Positions 17,296-27,145 are shown, counted from the first letter of the stretch. The stretch: DNA of 64,000 bases from Candidatus Sumerlaeia bacterium (GCA_033764015.1 JANRJK010000021.1:3291-67290); one strand, 5' to 3'. Numbers and translations are program-made. The notes: a model not told the origin generated them from the letters alone.

Positions 17296-18612
17296 GTGGC
17301 CATGGCACAGTCGGCAAAGCTGGTCGTCGGCGATAAGACCTACGAACTCCCCATCGTGACGGGAACCGAGGCCGAGCCGGCCTTGGACATTAGTAAGCTG
17401 CGCGCCCAGTCCGGCATGATCACGCTCGACGAAGGCTACGGCAACACGGGCTCCTGCGAGTCGAAGGTGACCTTCATCGACGGCGAGCAGGGCATCCTCC
17501 GGTACCGCGGCATCCCGATCGAGGAGATGGCCGAGAAGTCCTCGTTCCTCGAGTCCGCCTACATGCTGATCTGGGGCGAGCTTCCCTCGGAGAAGGAGCT
17601 GACGCGCTTCCGCGACCAGATCAACGAGCACTCGATGCTGCACGAGTCGATGAAGATGCACTTCGACGGCTTCCCGCCGACGGCGCATCCGATGGCGATC
17701 CTGTCGTCGATGATCAACGCGCTGTCGTGCTTCTACCCGCACCTGGACGAGTTGCAGGAGGGGCGGGACTTCGAGGAGGCGGTGGTGCGCCTGATGGGGC
17801 AGACGCGCGCGATCGCGGCCTACTCCTACAAGGCGAGCGTGGGCGAGCCGTTCGTCTACCCGCGCCCCGACATGCGCTACGCGGCGAACCTGCTGCACAT
17901 GATGTTCACGCGGCCGTACCGCGACTACGTGCCGCCGACGGAGATCGCCGAAGCGCTGGACCTGATCTTCCTGCTGCACGCGGACCACGAGCAGAACTGC
18001 TCGACGTCGACGGTGCGCATGGTGGGTTCGAGCCGCGCGAACCTGTTCGCGTCGGTGGCCGCCGGCGTCTGCGCGCTCTGGGGGCCGCTGCACGGCGGCG
18101 CCAACCAGGAGGTGCTGCGCATGCTCCAGGAGATCAAGGACTCGGGCATCTCGGTGAAGAACATCGTGGCGAAGGCGAAGCAGAAGGACTCGGGCTTCCG
18201 CCTGTTCGGCTTCGGGCACCGCGTTTACAAGAACTTCGATCCGCGCGCGAAGATCATCAAGTCCGCCTGCGACCGCGTGCTGGCCAAGATCGGCGCCGTG
18301 GACCCGTTGCTGGACATCGCGAAGGAGCTGGAGGAGGCGGCGCTGCACGACGAGTACTTCATCGAGCGCAAGCTGTACCCGAACGTCGACTTCTACAGCG
18401 GCATCATCATGCGCGCCATCGGCATCCCGATCAACATGTTCACGGTGATGTTCGCGATCGGCCGCATGCCGGGCTGGATCGCGAACTGGAAGGAGGTGCG
18501 CGAGGGCAACTCGCGCATCAACCGGCCGCGGCAGATCTACCAGGGGCCGACGCTGCGCACCTACGAGTCCGCCCGCGAGAAGGGCGGTTTGTCGACCGTC
18601 ACCTCGCGCTAA
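17296..18612 (+). CDS. gltA: Citrate synthase (type II)
   Basis: 438 aa with conserved blocks LLHADHEQNCSTSTVR, GPLHGGANQEV, GFGHRVYKNFDPRA and NVDFYSGI. Confidence 0.95.
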   Translation: MAMAQSAKLVVGDKTYELPIVTGTEAEPALDISKLRAQSGMITLDEGYGNTGSCESKVTFIDGEQGILRYRGIPIEEMAEKSSFLESAYMLIWGELPSEKELTRFRDQINEHSMLHESMKMHFDGFPPTAHPMAILSSMINALSCFYPHLDELQEGRDFEEAVVRLMGQTRAIAAYSYKASVGEPFVYPRPDMRYAANLLHMMFTRPYRDYVPPTEIAEALDLIFLLHADHEQNCSTSTVRMVGSSRANLFASVAAGVCALWGPLHGGANQEVLRMLQEIKDSGISVKNIVAKAKQKDSGFRLFGFGHRVYKNFDPRAKIIKSACDRVLAKIGAVDPLLDIAKELEEAALHDEYFIERKLYPNVDFYSGIIMRAIGIPINMFTVMFAIGRMPGWIANWKEVREGNSRINRPRQIYQGPTLRTYESAREKGGLSTVTSR

Positions 18613-18633
18613 GGCGCGGTCCGCTGATTGTTT

Positions 18634-18669
18634 GCGTAGCGGCCCAGGAGCGATCCGGGGCCGCTACGC
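18634..18669. terminator. Hairpin between convergent genes (possible bidirectional terminator)
   Basis: GCGTAGCGGCCC (18634-18645) pairs with GGGCCGCTACGC (18658-18669), a 12-bp stem with a 12-nt loop. The 3' arm overlaps the stop codon of the minus-strand GGDEF gene. No clear U-tract. Confidence 0.4.
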
Positions 18670-20811
18670 GTTGAGGGGCTTGCGCGCCGCCGCGGCCGGG
18701 GGCTCGGCGTGCGCCGCGAACAGCGCCGCCACGACGCCGGGGTCGAACGCGCGGCCGGACTCCGCCGCCAGCGCCTCGCGCGCCTGCGCGGCGCTGCGCG
18801 CGGGGCGGTAGGGCCGTTCGAGCTGCATCGTGTGGAACGAGTCGGCGGCGAAGAGGATCCTGGCGCCGAGCGGGATCTCCGCTCCGCGGAGCTCGCCGGG
18901 GAACGCGGGGGGCGCTGCGTCCACGCGCCCGTCCCAGCGTTCGCGCTGGGAGCGCAGGATGCCGCATACGTCGCCGAGGTAGCTAACCTCGCGGATCAGC
19001 TCCTCGCCGAGGCGCACGTGGCTCTGCACCGTCAGGTACTCCTGCGGCGAGAGCGGCGAGACGCGGTTGAGCAGGACTCCGGGAATGGAGATCTTGCCGA
19101 CCTCGTGGACGATGGCGGCGAGGTGCAGCGCCTCGAGCTCCGAGGGCGTCATCTCGAGGGCTCGCCCGACCGCGAGCGCGGTGGTGGCGACCTCGCGCGC
19201 GTGGCGGAGGTAGCCGGGCTGCTTTTCGACGAGCACCGCGAGGAGCTTCCCGAGGTAGTGGTCCCAGCGGCCGATGTCCTCGTGGCGCGCCTCGGAGAGG
19301 ACGCGGAGCAGCTCGGCGCGGACCTGGGCCTCCTTGTGGGCGTAGAGCGCGGAGTCGGCCTCGGAGAGCAGCTTGTCGGCGTCCTCGGCGGAGGCGGTGC
19401 GGACGCCGAGGGAGAGGCGGAAGGTCCACTTCTCGCGTCCGAGGGTAGCCTGCTGGCGGTCGATCTCGGCGAGGATGCGGTTGCGGATGGCGCGTCCGGC
19501 GGCCTCTTCCGCGCCGGGCATGAGGACGACGAACTCGTCGCCGCCGAAGCGCGCGACGAAGTCCATCTCGCGCACCACCTTGGTGAGGAGGCCCGCCGTC
19601 TGGCGGAGCACGTCGTCGCCGACGAGGTGCCCGTGCAGGTCGTTGAGCTCCTTGAAGCGGTCGATGTCGACCATGAGGATGGTGATCGGGGTGAGGTGGC
19701 GCTGGGCGCGGGCCACCTCGCGGCGGAGCGCGGAGTCGAACGCGCGGCGGTTGCCGAGGCCCGTGAGCGGGTCCTGGTCCGCGAGGCGCCCGACGTGCGA
19801 CAGCAGCCGGGCGGATTCGAGCCGCGCGGCGACGTTGTTGGCGAAGAGCGAGAGCGACACCAGGCGGGACGGGGAGACCTGGACGCAGTTCTCGCCGTGG
19901 TCGGCGTAGAGCACGCCGGTGGCGCGCCCGTCGACGAGGAGCGGAAGGCACACGGCGTGGTGCCGGGGGGCGCCCCGCGCGGCGTCGGCGAAGACCGGTT
20001 CCGTGTGCGCCTCGAGCCAGCGGACGCCGGCCTCGCGGTAGGTGGTGGCGAGGAGCGCCTTGCGCTCGGCGAGCGAGACGCGGACCGGCATGCCGCTGCC
20101 CTCCATGCCGGCGGAGCCGGCGACCACGAGGTCCGTCTCGTGCGGATTGAAGAGCGTGACGACGGAGCGGTCGAAGCCGAGGCGCTCGACGAGGATCTCG
20201 CAGGCGGACTGGGCGACGGTGCGCGGGTCGTCGCCGCCTTCGAGCATGGTGGCGGCCTCGAAGATCTCCTGCATGTTGTTGGTCGTCATGCGGAGCATTT
20301 CGAGTTCGCGGCAGGTGGAGAGGACGTTCTGGGCGGCGCGGCGCAGGTCGTGCAGCAGGAGGCGCTGGTTGGGCTGGAAGCTGGAGAGCGGCGCGTCGAA
20401 GCCGAGGACGAACGCGCCGGCGTTGACGCCCGCGATGGCGCGGAGCGGGATCAGCGCCACCGCGGCGGGATGCTCGCCGGGGAGGCTGAGGCCGGCCTCC
20501 TCGAGCCAGCCGGTGACGTTCCGCGAGACGACGACCTCGTCGGAGAGCGCGAGGGCGAACTCCTCGATGGGGTGCTTGCCCGCGGCCGCGGGGCGGTGGT
20601 GCGTGACGTTGCCGATCCGTTCGACGCGCAGCCGCACATCGGGCGAATAGGGATGGGCCATGACGAGGCGCGCGTTGACGACGCGGGCGCCGAAGGTGCG
20701 CTCGACGCCGTGCGCGACGGCGCCGAGCAGCGCGCTGAAGTCGTGCGCCGCGAGCACGCCCTCCCGCAGGAGGCTGCGCTCCGTGTCGGTGGCCGTCGGC
20801 TCGAGGTGCAT
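18664..20811 (-). CDS. GAF-GAF-GGDEF diguanylate cyclase fused to a degenerate HD-GYP domain
   Basis: GGDEF active site RFGGDEF, with the I-site REMD five residues upstream. The C-terminal HD-GYP-like domain shows IVHEVGKISIP and QRERWDG...AFPGE in place of the canonical HDIGK and HHERWDGSGYP. Confidence 0.85.
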   Translation of the reverse strand: MHLEPTATDTERSLLREGVLAAHDFSALLGAVAHGVERTFGARVVNARLVMAHPYSPDVRLRVERIGNVTHHRPAAAGKHPIEEFALALSDEVVVSRNVTGWLEEAGLSLPGEHPAAVALIPLRAIAGVNAGAFVLGFDAPLSSFQPNQRLLLHDLRRAAQNVLSTCRELEMLRMTTNNMQEIFEAATMLEGGDDPRTVAQSACEILVERLGFDRSVVTLFNPHETDLVVAGSAGMEGSGMPVRVSLAERKALLATTYREAGVRWLEAHTEPVFADAARGAPRHHAVCLPLLVDGRATGVLYADHGENCVQVSPSRLVSLSLFANNVAARLESARLLSHVGRLADQDPLTGLGNRRAFDSALRREVARAQRHLTPITILMVDIDRFKELNDLHGHLVGDDVLRQTAGLLTKVVREMDFVARFGGDEFVVLMPGAEEAAGRAIRNRILAEIDRQQATLGREKWTFRLSLGVRTASAEDADKLLSEADSALYAHKEAQVRAELLRVLSEARHEDIGRWDHYLGKLLAVLVEKQPGYLRHAREVATTALAVGRALEMTPSELEALHLAAIVHEVGKISIPGVLLNRVSPLSPQEYLTVQSHVRLGEELIREVSYLGDVCGILRSQRERWDGRVDAAPPAFPGELRGAEIPLGARILFAADSFHTMQLERPYRPARSAAQAREALAAESGRAFDPGVVAALFAAHAEPPAAAARKPLNA

Positions 20812-20821
20812 CGCGACTCCG

Positions 20822-22000
20822 TCAGACGGTGGCGTGCGACTTCGTGAACGTCTCGGTGGGGATGTCGGCGACCGCGGCGCCGGTGGGCGCCGTCCCCGGC
20901 AGGAGCTGGATCGACTTGAGGCGCCGAAGGATGTCGTGGAGCAGGTCGACCTTCTCGCGGTGGTGCAGGAATGAGCTCTTCACCGTGAAGACGATGATGT
21001 CCTTCAGCTCCTCGAGGGAGAAGTTGTGGACCTCGTGGGCGAGGAGGAACTCGTCCGTGAGCGTCGTGCCGGAGACCAGGACGTTGTCGGTGCAGAGGCA
21101 GACGCGCAGGCCGTAGTCGTAGTACATGCGGAGCGGGTGGAAGCGGAGGTCGGGCGTGGCGTTGGTCTGGCGGTTGGAGGTGAGGCAGATCTCGAGGGGC
21201 GTGCGGTGGTCGGCGCAGTAGTTGAGCAAGTCGCCGTCCTCCTTGAGGCGGACGGCGTGGCCGAGGCGGTGGGCTCCGCAGAAGTGGAGCGCCTGGCTGA
21301 TGGACTCGGGGCCGTAGGCCTCGCCGGCGTGGATCGTGATGTTGACGTTGTTGCGCAGGACGAGCTGGAAGGCCTCGCGGTGGTCGAGGGCGGGGTTGCC
21401 GGCCTCGGCGCCGGCGAGGTCGAAGCCGACGACGCCTCGGTGCTTGTACATGACGCAGAGCTCGGCCATGAGGACCGAGTACTTGGGGTCGCTCATGCGC
21501 ATGGCGCAGACGATGACGCCGCTGCGGATGCCGAAGTCGCGCTCCGCCTCGCGCAGGCCGTCGAGGACGGCGTCGAGCACGGAGGTGAGGCGCATGCCGC
21601 GCTGCTGGTGCAGGATCGGCGCGAAGCGCACCTCGAGGTAGACGACGTTGTCCTTCGCGGCGTCCTCGGCCATTTCGTAGGCGGCGCGCTTGAGCGACTC
21701 GTAGTCCTGCAGCACCGACAGCGTGATGTCGAAGGCCTTCAGGTATTCGACGAGCGAGCGGACCTTGTCCTGCACCATCACCTTGCGGAGCTCCGCGGCG
21801 TCGAAACTGGGGAGGGAGACCCCCTGCTTGCGGGCGAGCTCGATGATGGTTTCGACGCGCATGGAGCCGTCGAGGTGGCAGTGGAGCTCGGCCTTCGGGA
21901 GGCTGTGGAGGATTTCGCGGGTGAGTGCCTGGTGGGACATGCCTGCCTGCTTGTGCGGGTTATATTCGAGAAGGAAAGTCTTCATTCGCGATTGCTCCAT
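20822..22000 (-). CDS. add: Adenosine deaminase
   Basis: Metal-binding motifs LPKAELHCHLDGS, ITIHAGE and CLCTDNVLVSGT. The start could instead be the ATG at 21985 (GGAG lies 9 nt upstream). A C-terminal extension of about 50 aa follows the catalytic barrel. Confidence 0.85.
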   Translation of the reverse strand: MEQSRMKTFLLEYNPHKQAGMSHQALTREILHSLPKAELHCHLDGSMRVETIIELARKQGVSLPSFDAAELRKVMVQDKVRSLVEYLKAFDITLSVLQDYESLKRAAYEMAEDAAKDNVVYLEVRFAPILHQQRGMRLTSVLDAVLDGLREAERDFGIRSGVIVCAMRMSDPKYSVLMAELCVMYKHRGVVGFDLAGAEAGNPALDHREAFQLVLRNNVNITIHAGEAYGPESISQALHFCGAHRLGHAVRLKEDGDLLNYCADHRTPLEICLTSNRQTNATPDLRFHPLRMYYDYGLRVCLCTDNVLVSGTTLTDEFLLAHEVHNFSLEELKDIIVFTVKSSFLHHREKVDLLHDILRRLKSIQLLPGTAPTGAAVADIPTETFTKSHATV

Positions 22001-22060
22001 TCAGGGAAGACTTCGACCGCCGTTCCGTCAACCGGTTCCTGTCCCGTTGGGGCGCGCCGT

Positions 22061-23179
22061 TCACGCGAAGCGGCTGCGGACCAGCAGCCCCGTTCCGAGG
22101 ATCGCGAAGAGGGCGTGGGGTGCCCACGCCGCGACCGGCGGAGGGAGCGCCCCCGCGTGGCCGAGTGATCTTCCGACAATGAGCGTGACGAAGATGGCGA
22201 TGAGCCAGATGAGCCCGCCGCCGAGGTTCACCAGCACGCCGGCGTGGCCGGGGCGCACCCCGTGCGCGGCGGCGAGGAGCGCCACGAGGAGCGTGGCGAG
22301 CGGGATCGAGAGCTTCAGGTGCAGCTCCGTCGCGAGGACCGGGTCGCGGGGGGATTGGCGCTCCATGACGGCGAGGTAGGAGCGGAGCTCGCGGAACGTC
22401 ATGCGCTCGGGCTTCACGGTGGTTTCGAGCAGTTGGCCGATGGAGGGATCGAGCGGGGGATCGAGTTCGCGGCTCTCGAGCGAGTCGAGCCGCTCGAAGG
22501 CGGTGACCTCGCCGTCGGCGTCGAAGGTCCAGCGGCGGACCTGTTCGAAGCGCCAGGAGGGGTCCTGGCGGGCGCCGCCCCAGACCGCGGTGGCCGCTTC
22601 GAGCCGGCTGCGGACCGTGCCCGTCTCCGGATCGAGGTCGACCAGCTTGGGGAACTCCATCCAGCGCGACTGGCTGTCGTAGGAGGCGACGCGGAGGTAG
22701 CGTCCGGGACCGACGCGGAGGATCACGTTGCGGTCGCGGGCGAGGGTGGCCTCGGGCTTCTGCTGGATGTGGAGCTTCTCGACGCGGTAGGCCTGCGCGA
22801 CCGCGGCGGGTGCGGCGTACTCGTTCACGCCGAGGGCGGCGAGGCTGATGACGAAGGCGGCGAGCAGGAAGGGCCTCGCGATGCGGTGCGGACGCACGCC
22901 GCCGCAAAGGTACGCGAGCAGTTCGTTCGCGCGGGCCTTCTGGGCGAGCACCCAGAGGGTGGCGACGGCGGTGCAGACCGGCAGGATGTACGCCGCGTTG
23001 GTCGGCAGCGTGAGCAGGAAATAGAAGAGCACCCAGCCGAGGCGGGAGCCTCCCTCGCCGAAGACGAAGCGGTAGTAGTCGAGCAGCGTGGTCACCAGCA
23101 GCATCACGAGGATGAGCGAGAGGACCGCCAGGAAGACCTGGATGAAGGAGCGGAGCATGTCGCGGTCGAGCAGCGGCAT
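22061..23179 (-). CDS. LptF/LptG family permease (YjgP/YjgQ)
   Basis: 372 aa. The N-terminus LLDRDMLRSFIQVFLAVLSLILVMLLV is typical of this family. Topology is three TM, a periplasmic beta-jellyroll region, then three TM. Confidence 0.8.
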   Translation of the reverse strand: MPLLDRDMLRSFIQVFLAVLSLILVMLLVTTLLDYYRFVFGEGGSRLGWVLFYFLLTLPTNAAYILPVCTAVATLWVLAQKARANELLAYLCGGVRPHRIARPFLLAAFVISLAALGVNEYAAPAAVAQAYRVEKLHIQQKPEATLARDRNVILRVGPGRYLRVASYDSQSRWMEFPKLVDLDPETGTVRSRLEAATAVWGGARQDPSWRFEQVRRWTFDADGEVTAFERLDSLESRELDPPLDPSIGQLLETTVKPERMTFRELRSYLAVMERQSPRDPVLATELHLKLSIPLATLLVALLAAAHGVRPGHAGVLVNLGGGLIWLIAIFVTLIVGRSLGHAGALPPPVAAWAPHALFAILGTGLLVRSRFA

Positions 23180-23185
23180 CTTGGT

Positions 23186-23899
23186 TCAGGCGGCTCCTTC
23201 GGGGCTGCGGGGCGGCGGGAACGGGTCGCCGCCGAGGTGGCGGCGCTCGTTGAGGCGCTCGAGGCGCGCCGTGCCATCGTCGTACACATCAAGCACGGTG
23301 ACGCCGCAGTAGCCTAGCACAAAGGTGAAGAGGACTTCGCCGGGCCAGCGGAGCAGTCCGCCGAGGATGGCGCGCAGCGGTCCGCTGTGGGCGACGACGG
23401 CAACCACGCCGCCGGCGTGCTCCGCCAGCGCGGCGCGGACCGGGGGCATGGCGCGCGCGGCGACGTCCTCGATGTTCTCGGCCCCGGGCGAGACGCGGTG
23501 GCTCCAGCGCGCCGCCTGAAGCCGCGCGTACTCCTCCGCGTGCTGCTCCATCAGCTCGGCGATGGGGCGCCCCTGCCACTCGCCGAAGGAGCGCTCGCGC
23601 AGCCCCGCGTCGACGATGCCCGGCGCCTTCGCCCGGGTCGCGATCCGTTCGGCCAGGAAGACGGCGCGCTCGAGGTCGCTGGACAGCACCGCGGACAGCG
23701 GCGCCTTGCCGACTTCCTTCGCGGTGCGGACGGACTCCGCGCGCCCGCGGTCCGAGAGCGGCACGTCCATGGAGCCGTAGAGGATGGTCTTCGCTTCCGG
23801 CGAGACCTCGCCGTGGCGCAGCAATAGGAGGCGCGTGGCGCGGCCCCTCGGCTCGCCCCAACCCAGCGCCCGGCGGGCTTCCTTCTCCGGCTCCGTCAA
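23186..23899 (-). CDS. Histidine phosphatase (phosphoglycerate mutase-like) family protein
   Basis: This is the C-terminal part of the listed ORF 23186..26857. It carries the catalytic LLLLRHGE motif, SSDLERA, and AHSGPLRA (second His). The start is uncertain: TTG at 23899 (GGAAGG 8 nt upstream), or TTG at 23965 or 23977. The rest of the long ORF is a shadow of the plus-strand gene. Confidence 0.7.
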   Translation of the reverse strand: MTEPEKEARRALGWGEPRGRATRLLLLRHGEVSPEAKTILYGSMDVPLSDRGRAESVRTAKEVGKAPLSAVLSSDLERAVFLAERIATRAKAPGIVDAGLRERSFGEWQGRPIAELMEQHAEEYARLQAARWSHRVSPGAENIEDVAARAMPPVRAALAEHAGGVVAVVAHSGPLRAILGGLLRWPGEVLFTFVLGYCGVTVLDVYDDGTARLERLNERRHLGGDPFPPPRSPEGAA

Positions 23900-23994
23900 C
23901 TCGTCCGCCTTCCCGCGCGCTATCCGCGCGACCCCAAGCGGGCGGCGCCGCGGGAACGGACGCAAGGGAGGTTTCAACGGCGTCGCGGGAGGAC

Positions 23995-24024
23995 TTGAAC
24001 ACGCGGGGGACGATCGGCTAGGCT
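23995..24024 (+). promoter_or_regulatory. Candidate sigma-70-type promoter for the 1026-aa secreted protein gene
   Basis: TTGAAC (23995-24000), an 18-nt spacer, then TAGGCT (24019-24024), about 40 nt upstream of ATG 24065. This is a pattern match only. Confidence 0.3.
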
Positions 24025-24064
24025 CCGGCACGGATGGTTGCGACCAAGGCAAGGAGGCGGGGCG

Positions 24065-27000
24065 ATGCGAATGGTTCGCGTGGTGGCGTTGTGCGCGCTG
24101 GCGGGCGCGCTGGCGGCTTTCCCGGCGGGGGCGCCGGGGCAGGCGGGGGCGCCGGGGCCGGAGGGTTACCCCTTCGTGCGCTCGCTGATGCCGAAGGAGC
24201 GTGGATTCGAATTCGACTGGAATTCGGCGGCGCATTGGAGCGAGGGGTTCGCCACGCTGCGGGCGCGCCGCGGGCCGGAGTTCTTCGCCGACATGGAGCG
24301 GCTGCTGGCGCTGGCCGCGAAGCACGAGTCGGCCGAGGTGCGCGGCGTCGCGGAGGTCGAGGCGCCCGGCTTCGAGGAGACGCGCCGCCTGTGGACGCTC
24401 GGCAACATCCCGGAGCCGCCGACGGACGGCTTGATCGCGGAGAAGCTTTGGCAGGTGGCGAAGCTGGAGGAGAAGCGGCCCGACGGCAGCGTGGCGGGAC
24501 TGAAGGCGATCTTCGCCAAGGCGCGCGACCACGGCGACTGGAACCTCGCCTACGAGGCGGGCCGCCACCTCATCGCCTACCGGGAGGACGATCCGGGCCT
24601 GCAGAACGAGTTCGCCGAGGTGTGCAAGCGCTGCCGCGAGGACGCCCGCGTCCGCGCCGCCGAGGTGTACCGGCTGCTCTCCATCGACTCGAACCGCGAG
24701 GCGCTCAACCGCGGCGGGCGCGACACCGGCAGCCTCCGCGGCGCGGCGCACGAGCCGAACCGCCGCTGGCACGTCGGCGAGATCGAGCGGACCGCGTTCG
24801 AGCTCTACGGGCAGTTGATCCAGTGGGAGTCGAAGTACCGCGCGAACTGGCGCGACTACGCGGACATGCGGCAGGTCTTCGACCAGCTCACCGCGCTGCT
24901 CGGGCTGCGGGCGTACCTGATCAACTACGACGCCCTGACGGCGCACGACCCGGCGGTGCGCGAGCGCATGCTGGCCTACTGCCGCCGGATCCTGCTCGCG
25001 GAGGACTGGGCCGCCACCGCGGCGATCCCGGTCGAGGTGCCCGAGTGGGCGCCGCTGGCGTTCTCGCCATCCGCGACGGACTACTCCAACGACCACGCCA
25101 CGGAGCACGCGAAGGTGGATCCGAAGGAGCTGTCGGAGGCCACGCACGCGAACGCCACGAAGCGCTACGCGAGCGAATTCCTGATCGTGCTGCGGATGCT
25201 CGCGATCGAGCGCGAGGGCGTGCTCTTCTCGATGGATCCGGAGGACCCGGCGGTGCCCGACGCGCTGAAGGAGGCGTACCGGCAGGCGCTGCTGCACGGC
25301 CGCCGCGTCTACGTGCACGAAGCCTCGGGCGACTACCTCGCCGCGTTCCGCGAGCCGGACTCGAACGAGAGCCGCGCGCGCAAGACGCGCCGGGCGGAGC
25401 TGCTGATGCGCGCCTGCGACGACCTGGCGAAGTTCGAGCAGCCGGTCGGCTTCCGGTCCGCGCGCGCCGACATGCTGTACCGCTACTCGCCCCAGGAGCC
25501 GCGCAAGTATCTGGCGCTGGCGTGGGAGCGCGATCTCACCGACGGCGTCTCCGCCTCGCCGGAGCAGTCCGCCGCGCTGATCGACATGCTCGAGTGGATC
25601 GCCCGCTTCCGCACCACCTCGGGGCGCGAGCGCATCGAGACCTACTCCGTGCTGACCGCGCTGGCGACGGCCCGGAACCTGCAGCTCGGCAAGCCCGCCG
25701 AGGCAGAGCCCACGGTTTCGGACCTGATGGCCGCTTCGCTGTCCGTGGCGGACGAAGCGAACCATGTGCAGGTGGCGCGCCTGTACCAGGACGCGCTCGA
25801 GCAGGCGGTCTTCGACCGGAAAGAGCGCGGCCAGCCGCTGGTGCGAACCCTCGAGCTGCTCGCCCGCTGGCATCTGGGGCAGGTCGCCGCCAACTCGAAC
25901 CGCAACTCCGGCACGCAGTGCGACGGCGTCGAGGGCTCGCCCGAGTGGCAGGTGCTGCGGACGTACGCGGCGGCCCGGGAGATCTCCGCGGACCAAGACG
26001 CGGCGGACTCGCTGACGTTCAACAAGGTGCTGGAAAACGCCTGGGCGGTTAAGGCGGACGAGCGGCAGGCGCTCGAGTTCGCGCTGCGCATCGAGCCGTG
26101 CCTCCTGGAACGCGTGGCGGGAGGCGAGCGCGGGATGGGCGCCATGGCCTTCGTGAAGGCGCTCACCACGGCGCGCCTGCTCCACGTCGACCGGCCGGAG
26201 CAGACATGGGCGGTGCTGGAAGGCTACGCGCGCCTGCTTTCCGGGTCGCTCCCCGGGCAGGGGTACGAGAACCCGACAACATCCCACGCGGCGCGGGTCG
26301 CGATGGATCTGCTGCTGACCGGTGGCCATTCGCCGGTCAGTTTTCTCGACACCTACCGGGAGAAGCTGCGCGCGGGGCTGACGGAGCGCCCGGACTCGCC
26401 GGTGGGGGGCCTCGAGAAGGCGTTCGAGGCGCGCATGGCGCTGCTGCTCAGCGAACCGTCGCCCTCCGTCGACGCGATCTGGGACGCGCTGCGCGACTTC
26501 GCGGACGCGGTGCACGGACGCGGGGGCTGGGTGCCGTCGCAGGCGGTGGCCGCGGCGGACAAGCGCCTCAGCGGCGGCAGCTACGCGTTCTATCCGCAGT
26601 TCCACGACCGGCTCTTCGTGGCCGCGGCGGACCGCGTTGGGCATCCGTCCACGCAGGCGGACCCGGGGTACGGGGAACTGGTTCGGGGGATGTCGCTGGC
26701 GATCGCGGAACGGATGCGGACCTGGATCGGGGAGGAGTCCGGGCTCGTGGGCGAGGCCGGCGGCGCCGCGCGTCCGCCGGCGGCGTTCGAGGTGTCGGGC
26801 TCCATGCGGAACAGCTACCCGGAGATGGGGCAGGCGTTCGCCGCCTTCGAGGAGCACCAGCGTCTCGCGAGGGACATCCGCACGTTCAAGGAGTTGCAGA
26901 ACGTGGGCGCGGTGCTCGGCACAGTGAACTCCGCGCTGCGCGACAAGAAGGGGATCGACGACGCGGCGAAGAAGTTCGACGTGATGTTCAAGGAGCTGCA

Positions 27001-27145
27001 GCGGCTCGCGGACCGTGCGGTCGCGATCGGGGCGTCGGCGCTCTACGAGGAGATCGGCGGCGCGGCGGTCATCGCCAACGCGGTGCGCGCCTACGAGCAG
27101 CTCGTCGCCGCGGGAGCCGCGATCTACAAGGAGTCCAAGCAGTAG
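24065..27145 (+). CDS. Large secreted, predominantly alpha-helical protein of unknown function
   Basis: AAGGAGG at 24051-24057 sits 7 nt before ATG 24065. Signal peptide MRMVRVVALCALAGALAAFPAGAPGQA. The 1026-aa product has a normal amino-acid composition, whereas the overlapping minus-strand ORF is Arg/Pro/His-rich. I recognise no domain in it. Confidence 0.6.
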   Translation: MRMVRVVALCALAGALAAFPAGAPGQAGAPGPEGYPFVRSLMPKERGFEFDWNSAAHWSEGFATLRARRGPEFFADMERLLALAAKHESAEVRGVAEVEAPGFEETRRLWTLGNIPEPPTDGLIAEKLWQVAKLEEKRPDGSVAGLKAIFAKARDHGDWNLAYEAGRHLIAYREDDPGLQNEFAEVCKRCREDARVRAAEVYRLLSIDSNREALNRGGRDTGSLRGAAHEPNRRWHVGEIERTAFELYGQLIQWESKYRANWRDYADMRQVFDQLTALLGLRAYLINYDALTAHDPAVRERMLAYCRRILLAEDWAATAAIPVEVPEWAPLAFSPSATDYSNDHATEHAKVDPKELSEATHANATKRYASEFLIVLRMLAIEREGVLFSMDPEDPAVPDALKEAYRQALLHGRRVYVHEASGDYLAAFREPDSNESRARKTRRAELLMRACDDLAKFEQPVGFRSARADMLYRYSPQEPRKYLALAWERDLTDGVSASPEQSAALIDMLEWIARFRTTSGRERIETYSVLTALATARNLQLGKPAEAEPTVSDLMAASLSVADEANHVQVARLYQDALEQAVFDRKERGQPLVRTLELLARWHLGQVAANSNRNSGTQCDGVEGSPEWQVLRTYAAAREISADQDAADSLTFNKVLENAWAVKADERQALEFALRIEPCLLERVAGGERGMGAMAFVKALTTARLLHVDRPEQTWAVLEGYARLLSGSLPGQGYENPTTSHAARVAMDLLLTGGHSPVSFLDTYREKLRAGLTERPDSPVGGLEKAFEARMALLLSEPSPSVDAIWDALRDFADAVHGRGGWVPSQAVAAADKRLSGGSYAFYPQFHDRLFVAAADRVGHPSTQADPGYGELVRGMSLAIAERMRTWIGEESGLVGEAGGAARPPAAFEVSGSMRNSYPEMGQAFAAFEEHQRLARDIRTFKELQNVGAVLGTVNSALRDKKGIDDAAKKFDVMFKELQRLADRAVAIGASALYEEIGGAAVIANAVRAYEQLVAAGAAIYKESKQ

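Noticed and set aside
23900-26857. The upstream roughly 985 codons of the 1223-aa minus-strand ORF that ends in the histidine phosphatase
   Set aside because: Only the last roughly 237 residues look like a real protein (RHGE phosphatase). The rest is Arg/His/Pro-rich and is antisense to a plus-strand gene that has a consensus RBS, a signal peptide and a normal composition.
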